Position numbers and translations under genes: made by a program. Of a stretch of 64,000 nt of DNA, positions 53,541 through 64,000 are shown one piece after another. Source of the stretch: the human T2T-CHM13v2.0 reference genome, Homo sapiens; the NCBI RefSeq assembly GCF_009914755.1, contig NC_060936.1; one strand, given 5' to 3'. The notes below the pieces were generated by a model. It saw nothing but the letters and a program-made list of their open reading frames with translations. It searched no databases and was not told the DNA's origin. Within the stretch, counting starts at the first letter, position 1, and the number at the start of each line of letters is the position of its first letter.

Positions 53541-55030
53541 GATTTTGGTACCAGGAGTGGTTCTTGATAAACAGAATTTTAAGGATAAATTTTCTTAACT
53601 GGTTTTAGGGTTTTTGAAATGGGCTGTCTAATCTGATTAGATATAAAAATGCTAAAGACTCTGCTTCTAACAGTACAGAGAGCACAGATAGTCCATGGCA
53701 TGAACTGTTGTACAGAAAATAAATATATTTGATACTCCTAATTCACCACATACATGAAGCAAGACACTTGGTAACCCTGTGACTGATACTTTCAAACATT
53801 TGTGAAAAACCAAGGAATATAATAATGCTAGTTGGTTGTTCCTAACACCACTGGACAAAGTGATGAAAGAAAATGGGAGGAAAGTGGAAGAGGGGTGAGG
53901 GAGAAAAAATTACTGAGTGGGTACAATGTACATTATTCAGATGACAGTTACTCTAAAAGTCCAGACTTCACCATTTGGCAATTTATCCATATAACAAAAC
54001 TACACTCGTACCCCTTAAATTTATACCAAAAAAAGAGAGAAGAAAGTGATGAGCCCATGGATTTGAATTCTTGGCTCTAGGTGCTCATAAACAGCCTAAG
54101 AGCTTCTAAGTGTGCCCCGAAGAAGAACCTTCTCTCCTGTAAACACAGGAAATTGTTGAAATTGCTGAAAATCAAACAAGCCTTCATCATGCAATGGTCT
54201 GATGTACAATAAACACAAACTCTCAGCCTCTCAGGTGTCGACTATTAAAGTGAGGACATTGATTGGGAAAGACTGTTTTTGTTTTTTTTTTTAAGTTGGG
54301 ATGGAGATGTGTGGGAGAACCCTGATGAGGCTGGAGACATCGGGCTCCTAAATTCTGATGAACCCTCATCCCTAGTGGCAGTAGCACCCCCATCTCAAGC
54401 CCCACCCCCAGTGATATTGGCCTTTCCACCTGTGTCTGAGGGGATTAACCCTTCATTGTCTGAATAAACAGTAATGGCCTCCCCTGAGGGAGCTTCCAAG
54501 CAAGACAAGGCTGATTCTCCTCAGGACCCACCTTCACCTCCTCTCTTTGCTTCTAGCCGCATAACCAGACTCAAGTCCCAGCAGACCCCTAAAGGTGAGA
54601 TAGAAAGTGTGATCCACGAGGAGGTATGCTACACTCCAAAAGAAAGACTTGAGTTTTCTAATTTACACAAGCAGAAATCCAGGGAACACGTGTGGAATGG
54701 ATATTATGGGTGTGGGATAATGGTAGAAAGAACATAAAGTTGGATCTAGCTGAATTTATTGACTTGGGCCCACTAAGCAGAGATTCTGCATTTAATGTTG
54801 CAGCTTGGGGAGTTAGGAAAGGCGCTAACAATCTGTTTGGTTGGTTGGTTGAAACACGGATAAAAAGGTGGCCCACTGTGAGGGAGCTGGAGATGCTCTT
54901 CCTTGGTTTACCATAGAGGAAGGGATTCAAAGGCTTAGGGAGATGGGAAGGCTGGAGTGGATTTGTCACTTAAAACCTGCTCACCCCAACTGGGAGGGTC
55001 CATAAGATATAGCTTTCACCAATACTTTGG
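53541..55030 (+). mobile_element. ERVL internal region: primer-binding site and decayed gag
   Basis: 'gattttggtaccaggagtggttct' follows the LTR directly. Gag-like remnant WILWVWDNGRKNIKLDLAEFIDLGPLSRDSAFNVAA...KRWPT. Interrupted by an L1 3' end at about 53875-54040. Confidence 0.88.
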
Positions 55031-55404
55031 ATGGAGGTCCAAACCCCAGAAATAAGGTTTTGTGACTGTTATTTTGAAAGTGTGCAAAAATCTTGGTTGC
55101 TGTGACTTGTGGCAAGGCAATTCATATGCTATAGGAGAGGCTTAGCTACTGCTTAAAGGTTGGAGGTGAGGAAGTAAGCCTGGTTTCTTGAGTGTTGCTT
55201 ATGGCTTTACTCAAATTTTCCTGAAAATATTTCTCTTAGTTCTTTATGCTGTGTAATAATTTCTACCAGCAAGACTAGGAGAATTAAAAAAAAAAAAAAA
55301 AACAACAAAATGGATTCTTCTTAGAACTGGGCTTAGACTGCCATCTTGTGGATATTTAGCTTCATATTCTAGTGCTGACAAAAACAGGTAAAAGTAAGTG
55401 TACA

Positions 55405-56168
55405 CATTGTTTTTTAAATTGACAAGCAGAAATTGTACATATTTTTGGTGTACAATGTGATGTTTTGATATATGTGTACATTGTGGAACAGCCAAATCAA
55501 GTAACTTAATTATACATTACCTCACATACTTATTTTTTGTGGTGAAGACTGAAAATCTACTCTGAAAGCAATTTTCAAACATACAATATATTGTTATTAA
55601 TTGAAGTCATCGTGATTTACCATAGATCTCTTAAACTGATTTATCATGTCCACCTGAAATTTTGTGTCCTTTGACCAACATCTCCCCAATTCTTCCCATC
55701 CCCTGGTTTTCAGAAAACATCATTTTATTCTCTGTTTTCATGCGTTCAGTTTTTTCGCACTTCATGTATAGGTGAGGTGAGATCATGTAGTATTTGTCCT
55801 CCCGTGCCTGGCTTACTTCACTTAACATAATGTCCTTTAAGTTCATCCATGTGGTTGCAAATGATAGGATTTCCTTCTTTTTTAAGGCTGCATAGTATTC
55901 CATTATGTATATATAGCATATTTTCTTCACCCATTCATCCATTGATGGTTGCTTAGGTTGATTCTATATCTTGGCTATTGTGAATAATGCTGCAATGAGC
56001 ATGGGAGTGCAGATACTTCTTTGACATACTGATTTCATATCCTTTGATATATACCCAGAAGTGGAATTGCTGAATCATATGGTGTTCTCTTTGTAACTTT
56101 TTGTGAAACCGCCATATTGTTTTCCACATGGTTGTGATAATTTACATTCTCCCCAAGAGGTGCACGTA
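55405..56168 (-). mobile_element. L1MA-type 3' end, antisense
   Basis: Minus-strand peptide DEWVKKICYIYIMEYYAALKKKEILSFATTWMNLKDIMLSEVSQ is the typical read-through of an L1 ORF2 end and 3' UTR. Confidence 0.9.
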
Positions 56169-59100
56169 TATTCTTAAAAAATATTAAAACTAGAAAAGAC
56201 TTTATATTATTCACCATATGCCCTGATTTTATAAAAGAAAAAAACACTTGAGGCTGAGAGGATAAAATGACTGGTCACCCATGAAATAAAATGAGTTGGT
56301 CAATTTGATGGGCCATTGTGATACATCAGCTATGCTTTCCTTTTGAGCTCAGTAATGGAGTAAGAAGGGGTAAGACATAGATTGGACAGACATAAGATTT
56401 GGAGTGAGAATAGGATGAGACTCAGAAATGGGATGAGGGATGGTTCTTAGTAATTATTTTATAACAAAATTAGTGTTTCAAAGGCAGTGTAAAAATACTT
56501 TCTTAATAAAACTAAAGAAGAGCTTATAAACAGCAAAAGTCTCCATTATACCTTTACTATTCTCTCCACCTCCTGAGGGCAACTCTGTTTCTATTTTTAA
56601 CCCTCTCATAGTTACCACTATAAATTTAAATAATAGGCTTATGCCTTTATTTAAACAATATTTATATCTTAATATAAAAGATGAGATATTAACTTATTCC
56701 CTGGCTACTTTCCCTATATATTCTCATTTCCTAAATTTGATACTTATTTATTTTTACTTTTAGATCTCCTATGGGTTATAATTTTAGCTGATTTTTCTTC
56801 TTCCATTATCCTGAATCTTTGCTTATTTAGGATGAGTGCCTTTACCCCTAACCCTTCTTTCTAACTTTCCTCATTCTAAACCTCTATACTCCCCATTCTG
56901 TCAATCACTTTTCTTCCACCTTCTCCAGGTTATTGGTACTAACATTCTGTACACTAGCCATACATAAACCTCCCATGGTTTTCCTATAGTTAGATTCTAT
57001 AATAAAAGCAAAACTAATCAATAGCAGTTACATTGTTATGATGTATGCATTCTTTTTTTTTTTAAATAAAGCAGGACCCTTCTCTATTCATTCAATATCT
57101 GCACTTTCGGGCTACTCAGTGGAACATCTTTTCAATACCAAGATCAAATGAAATATTTTTCCTTACACCTCATCAATTATATAAAGTCTTGTCAAATTTG
57201 TTGTTTTATTCCTTCCTGATTTTTTTGATTCTTTTAAAAATCTTTTACCAAAAGAATAATATGCCTTTATCATATTTTCAAGTTTTTCAACTTTTACAAT
57301 TATTTGGTCTATTGCACCAAATCCCCCAACTGTTCTTGGGGAGACATCCCTATTAGAGCCTCTGTCTCACTGGCCTACTCTGGATTGTTTTTTTCCAAGC
57401 TTGTAGAATAGCAATGTCATCCTAGACACGCTCTTTTCTGGATCGTATTTGTGTTTTTCTTTCTGGAATTGTTTATAATCATCTTTTATCACTGGCGCTC
57501 TAAAATTTATAGTTTTTTAAATTCATCCTACTCAGCAATAAGTGGTCTCTTTTCTGGTGAAAACTTTTGTTTTTCTCAGTTTAGGGATTTTTTTCCCCTG
57601 CTGTTTCTTTAATAATATCCTCTCCTCCAATTTTTTCTGTTTTTTTTTCTGTCTGAGATTCTAAGTCAAGTGATGGTTTCTCTAGTTCTCTTGTGTTTTC
57701 TCTCATGTTCTATTTCTCCTTATCATTTTGCTCATATTTGGGGATATTTTTATGACTGTATTTTCCTATCATTCCATTGATTTTTTTGTGTCCTGTTTTT
57801 AGTCTCTTTACAGTTCTCTGCTTGCCCCATTTTCTTAGCACCCAGAAAGTTTATGAATGTAAAATATTTCTCAGTGCTTGAGTTCTCTTTTTTTCTCCTC
57901 CAGTCATTGTTTCTTTTTATCTTCTTTTTTTCTTAATGCTGCTGGTTTTTCTCACATGTCTAATCGTCTTCGGGTTTGTCTCTTCCTATTTAAGAATGAA
58001 GGATGGGGATCTGGTATAGGCATCTCCTCTGATATACTGGTGTCCAGTACTGATGTCCAGATAGGCTATTCCACCAAGCGGAAATTCTGGTAGGGAGCTT
58101 TGTTTACAAGGGGGGAGTTTGTGGAATGGCAAGTTTAGCTTTAAAATGAGAAAATGTGGAGGTGGCTGTCAGATGGGGTTCCCCCAAAAGTCAGAATGAG
58201 GTGACTTCACTCTGGAGTAGGCCAACATCCCATTTGAAGTCTTAATTCCCCAGATGGCTTACAATTGTAAGCAGTGAGGGAGGTGGAGAGAGAGGAATTT
58301 AACTGGCATACCTCTTCTCTGTTTATATATTCAATAAATCCTCCTGTTTCCAGGCTCCAGACCAATTCCTCCCTCCTGAGCCCAGAGCCCCTCTAGAATA
58401 TTCTAGTTGGCAGATCATGGCATTCCAGTCCCCACTCAGCCCCCTCATGGAATATTCCAGGCTATAACTTCTTTGCTGTGGTCCATCACCGTACTCCCAT
58501 CTGTTTTCTGTCTTGCAGTGATTTATTGAAATCTCTCCTCTACTGGTTACTCTTCCCCCCATCCCTGCTGTTTTCTTGACTTTATGTGTGTGTTTCTGAA
58601 CTATTGCATTGTGTTCTGGGAAGCACAGGACATAAATGTCTGCACCCAATCCAGCATCTTGAACAACTTGACAGCTTTCTTTTGATGTTAAATTGTTCTA
58701 TTTCATTAGTGCTCATATGGTTTTCCGATTCTCACAAAATGCTCTTTCCTTCATGTTCTTTATGATGTTGGTTTCATGTAATGGAAATTATTGTACATCT
58801 ACTTTTTAGAGTAGGAATTTACAAAGGAAGTTGGAGACAGTTTCTGCTCCTTCCAATCAATAAATCAAGGGCTAACTGAGGACCTCCATCTGCTCTGGAA
58901 TGTAATATGCACTTATTAAGTGCTGTACAAGAAGACCACAAGAATGAAGGGATCAGGAATGACTTTTGGGTAGCCAATCACTAATGTCTGCCCTATTATT
59001 TCATAAATTGGCAGCATACTTTGAGCAAATAAATTCTTAGTCTTACAGATTTTTCTCACAAGTGTTTGCCAAGGTAGTTCATTGATTGATATTCATTCGC

Positions 59101-59567
59101 TTATTTATTCAACAAATATATTAAGCCTTACTCTGAGTCAGGCACTATGCACAATGTTAAGTAATGAAAACATGGCCCATTCCCTTAAAGACCTTCCAGT
59201 TGAGCCAGATAAACTGGCACAAAGAAAGCCTGAATCATTCTGAGGTTGGAAGGGAGCCAGAGAAGGCACATTATCTGCCAGGCACTGTCTTAGGTTTTGG
59301 GAAACAAAGATGAAAGAAACTCTTAGTCCAGTGGAAAGAGACAGATAAGTGGGATAAGGGATCTGATAGAGGTACCTGTTGTCCTAGTTCTTCTATTACT
59401 ACTTCAGGACTATGAACCAGGTTGAGGGAATCATTGCTTTTCTTATCCATTTTAAAGGAGAAATCAGCTGTTTTGTACATGTAGCATCTTAAGCAGCTCA
59501 AAGTTCAAAGCTCAGGCCTTCAGAAACAATATTATTTGTTATCTCTTCAGGCTTTCCTTAGGCTTTG

Positions 59568-59568
<1 letters not shown>

Positions 59569-59608
<40 letters not shown>

Positions 59609-59610
59609 TA
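59569..59610. repeat. (CA)n microsatellite
   Basis: tacacacac...acgcacacata. Confidence 0.95.
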
Positions 59611-61799
59611 CTCTTTCCTCTACCTCTAGTTCTGTGTATCTGAAGGCACCATCCCTTCTTTCTTCACTTCACCTCTCAGATTTTTTCAATATATTTCCTT
59701 ATGTCAAAATTATCTTTCATATTTTAAACTCACGAAGGAGTTTCACGACTTCTTCACCTAATGAATACACACCTAGATCTGATATTCAGTTGATACGGCC
59801 ATATAGGTAGTTCAGATATTGATATTTAAATGACGGGTTAATAACTCCTGTCATGATCCCCCTAGGCATCCCCCATATCCCTTCAACTTAGCCTCTTCTC
59901 ACAATTAGAAGTTAATGGGCTAATGCCTAACACTGCATCGGACTTCTAGGACCTCACCTATTTATTGCCCATGCCTTATTGATTATTAAACATATTTAAT
60001 ATCTCTTCTGAGCTATTCACTAAGTACAGAGTTTGCAAAACTCAAATGCCTCCAAAGGCAAGTAGGTGATGGAACTGAGTGAAGCCAGCTATGTGAAACC
60101 AGAGATTGTGCCACACTTGGGAAAGCATGCGTCACTTTAGAGGTCATTTACATACAGTGGCCAGTATTATTAGATTTTCAGAAAAGGAGTGAAAAATGTT
60201 TTAATGTTAGGTATAAGAAGGAACATACTGAGAAGTGTGGTTTTAAAAAATCCCCATCCCCAAATAATTAAAGCTTCTATCCACAGCATGATCATCATTT
60301 CAGTATACATAATCTGCAGCTGCTGCATGGCATTTAAATGAAGGATTAGTAAATGCATGCTACAGCCTCAGTTATTTTTCTAACATAGGTCACCACAAGA
60401 AATATGTACACAACAGGTTTGATTTATATCCTCAATATTTCAGTAGTTATGGTGCCTTGAAGAAGCAAAACAAATTGGAGTCAAGACATTTGTAATATTT
60501 ATTTTGCCTAAAGTAAAAAATATGACAGAATTAGAATAACCATCATTTGAAATTATTTCATTCAGGCAACCAACTATACGCTAAGATACAAGTAGGTGAT
60601 TTTCCCCTGAAGTTTGAAAAGAAGGACCAGTCTCTGAAACATGTCCTCTGGTTTTCTACTTCTCCCAAATATCTTCTCTTGCAAAGTTCATCATTAAAGC
60701 TCTTTGAGGATTATTTCAGACCCCTACATGCTATGTCTGGGACACAAGAACAGTCTTAAAGAGAATGTCCTGAAGCTCATCCACCTCAGTGTGCAGGGCT
60801 GGAGCTCATGTATATGTACTTTGGCTCTCACCAGAAGTGGTGAATCTTAGGGTTCTGGGTCTTATTGTTTTAAGAGATATGATGTGAGCCAGGCTGCTTA
60901 GTATGAACCACCGACAGATGAAATGATGGCTTATGAAAGAAAGTTAATGTAAAATATTAGCCCATGTGAGCTAGCATAATCAGTTGTTTTTATTAAAATG
61001 TTATGTGTTTGTTGCATTAGGAAAAGGAAGTGGATTGGATACCCCTTTGTTCCCACATATCTTCAGTCTTTTTACACTTAGCACTACCGGCTATTTTTAG
61101 CATGCTTGTTGTCTGCCTATCCTGTTACAACATCACCTCCACAAGGACAGGGAATTTGCCTGTGTTGTTCACTGTTATACCCACTCCACTTCCTAGGAAA
61201 TGCCTAGAAATAGAAGGAACTCAGTAAATACTTCCTGGGTGAGTAAATACATGAGAAAATTATTTGTGTGCATGGATAGTTGCAAAGATCACTATGGCAT
61301 AAGCAGAGGCTTCCCCACTCGGGTTACAGCAGTGCGGTTCTTTGTTTGCAAACTGCAGTTACCAGCTGAAGCATCTGCTGTGATTTTTTTTTTTAATCTA
61401 CTTCAGTTTACTTGAAGGGTTTCCTAAGAAGACAGTGTGCTGGTTTATGAAGCTATTGTCTCTCTACTTCAAACCCACCTTTCCTTACTCAGCTTTATGG
61501 CACTGGGGCTGGGATGATAGGAAATAGAGTTTTGGCTGCCTGTGAGGCTTCTCTGAGAGGGAGGCACTGGATGCTTGCTGGAAGGCTAGAAAGGGAGGGA
61601 GGGAAGGAGAAGTCCCTGTTCCTGGCAGCGGCATCCGCCAGCAACAACCGCCCTCTCTTGGCAGCAGCAATTGGTCTGGTTCTAGTCTCCACCTTCTTTC
61701 TACACTTTTTCTGCAAAGTTACCCATAGCAGCCAGGCAGTGCCCTCTCCTCAGAGATCTGGTCCGAGTCTGACAATGGCTCTGCCGGGCATCTTCTCTG

Positions 61800-62584
61800 A
61801 TTAGGGCAGCTTTCAGACAGCTGATTGCTCATTAGGAACACCTGGGACGGAACCGCAATTTCTTCCCTTTATTCTACCTTCTCTATTTAGCTTAGCCAAT
61901 TCCTTATAACTGATTATAATTAATTTATAATACATTCCATCTGTTATAATATGCTTTCTAGTTTCCTGACCCGGACTCTGATGGATCATGTTCTTTATCC
62001 TACAGCTATGTGTGTTTCTGCAAATTCTATATTTCAAAGCTCTTAACAATTCACAAACTTGCAGGACTTCTTTTAATTTAATTTAAAATGATAGTGGGGT
62101 TTCTTTTAATTTAAAAATGTTTTTCTGTTGGTGGGTATTTAAACACATAAAACAAATAGAGATTTACACAAAATACAAATGCTCCAGTCTTACTTATCAA
62201 TTTTTAACACATTTCCATCGGATTAATGTTCTCTTACTTTCAAACTCCCTCTTTTTAAAAATGCAGAACAGAAACCCCAATCGTTCATGAATTCTCAGAG
62301 CATCCCTTTCTGTGATAATAGAGTGGAGAAAAACTTCCTGTGGGTCTGCAATCCTATCCCCGCACAGGTAAAATACTTCTTTGTTTTTTCATGTGGAATA
62401 TTTTGAGCAGTTTTCAGGATGTTCCAATCTCGACAGCCCACTCGCTTGTCCCTGTGGCGTCTGAGGGGATGCTGACACATGGAGTTTGAGAACCACACTT
62501 TAAGAAGTTGTTCTTTCCTGTGGGGCAGAATTAGGGCAGCTTTCCGACAGCTGATTGTTCATTAAGAACACCTGGGGTGGGACC
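61800..62584 (+). repeat. Pair of 55-bp direct repeats (61800-61854 and 62530-62584)
   Basis: 49/55 identical, ungapped, 730 bp apart. Confidence 0.9.
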
Positions 62585-63819
62585 AGAAGGAGGACAGAAA
62601 GTGCCATCTGAGATTGCAGAAATTCTCTTTAATTTCACAATTATGCCCATAGCAGGCTTTCTGTGGCAGAGTTGTTGACCTAAGGTTCAGAAGACAATCT
62701 GACTTGGCTAATGACAGCATTTTCTCATGATCTGCAAAACATGAAGAAATGATGCAGTGGGAAGGTTGAAGCCATCGGTATAGTGAGTTGCTTGACCTGC
62801 AGAGAAGTCATAAGTTCATTTATCTTCCTCTCAGCAATGACTTAAACTCCTGTCTATTGAGTGCCTCCGAGGCGCAAGACAGGATGCTAGGCACTTGATT
62901 CTTCACACACTTGTGGAGTAGGTATTATAATAAGAGCACTGATCACCAGTCTTGAGCTCATAATTAAATGCCCCACAACTAGAATGTGGTCGAGCTAGTC
63001 CTTAGTTAAATCTAGGGGTAAAGTCTGGTTGTTTTGACTTTTTTACCCTCCTTCCACCATAAAGCATAACATATTCTCACATGGAAACCTGCAGGGCAAT
63101 TCCCCTGCTTTACATTAATGAGGGACAAATACGATTTGTGTCTTTTACTGTGTCTAATCTCCCACGGTTCTCACAGCTTCTTTTAAATTTATATGACTTT
63201 TCCATTTTCATAAAAAGATAGGATGCCGTTTCTTATCTTTTTGGATCAATGTTATGGTATCAGTATTGATTCTTAAAGAAGTCCTTTAGAGGTTCAGCTC
63301 TGAAGCTATTGATCATTCAAAAGTTCCTCCTTTATTTAATTTTCATGTCACTTCAGTCTTTGAAACTTTAGGTTTCACATTTCCTCTGTATGTAGCTTTC
63401 CAGTGGAAGACAGGGCTTTCTTTACTGTATTTCTAAAATTATGTAATTTGGGGGTACTTTATTTGGCAAACATGGATAGAATATTTATATGTTTGTGAAC
63501 AATGTGCAATTCTTATCACAGTGTTACCTAAAATAGCTAACATAAAGAGTCTAATTTATAAATAAGAGAAATTGAAGCTTAGGGAGTTAACTGTTCAATG
63601 TAATTAAGTAGACTAACGGGTAGTAGAGCCGTGCCTCCAATCAAAGTCTATTCAAGGCCCAAAGCCTGTCCCCTAAACACTAACATCTGTCTGCCCCTCA
63701 CATCCACTGTTTTCTCACCATCACTCAAAACTTGTCTCAGAGTGATGGCTTGCAGAGCACATGCCTGGTGCCCTGGTGTCCCCTGTTTGTTCACTCCAGG
63801 GCCGGTGGTACCATCTTGA

Positions 63820-63970
63820 TGACCTCACATATCTGATCTAACTCTTTTGTAAGTGCTTATTTCTGTCACTCCAACTAGACAGGGGCTTTTCACTGTTTCA
63901 TTCCAGCACTTGGCACAGTGAGTAGCACGTTGGTGTTTAACAAATATTTGTTAAGGAAATGGATGCATGA
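63820..63970 (+). mobile_element. LINE-2 3' end
   Basis: 'ccagcacttggcacagtgagtagcacg...aaatatttgttaaggaaatggatgcatga'. Confidence 0.65.
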
Positions 63971-64000
63971 TTCTGGGCTTGCCAAACATATGCTCAACTT

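Overview
Mammalian genomic DNA that I recognise as the human chr12p12.3 ARHGDIB-PDE6H locus. It holds two complete, intact protein-coding genes, transcribed divergently about 11.4 kb apart. ARHGDIB (RhoGDI2/D4-GDI, minus strand) has a non-coding exon 1 ending at 20871, five coding exons from 10053 to 1859 (606 nt, 201 aa) and a polyA signal at 1380-1385. PDE6H (cone PDE6 gamma subunit, plus strand) has a probable non-coding exon 1 ending at 32419, three coding exons from 37345 to 40808 (252 nt, 83 aa) and a polyA signal at 41174-41179. I reconstructed both reading frames across GT-AG junctions with consistent phase. The rest is repeat-rich intronic and intergenic DNA: Alus, nested L1s, L2, MER5/MER53 DNA-transposon fossils, MaLR LTRs and an MLT2/ERVL provirus remnant. 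Nearly all other ORFs in the supplied track are repeat-derived or chance. I found no convincing new multi-gene system. The best oddities are: an unexplained 127-bp insert in an L1 (462-588); a candidate tailless 5S rRNA retro-fragment beside an Alu insertion site; a permuted and fold-back Alu composite in ARHGDIB intron 1; two short dispersed direct repeats (8017/9054 and 61800/62530); a palindromic MER53 in PDE6H intron 1; and an internally deleted L1 whose breakpoint matches the start of its host L1. Repeat subfamily calls are by eye and approximate.
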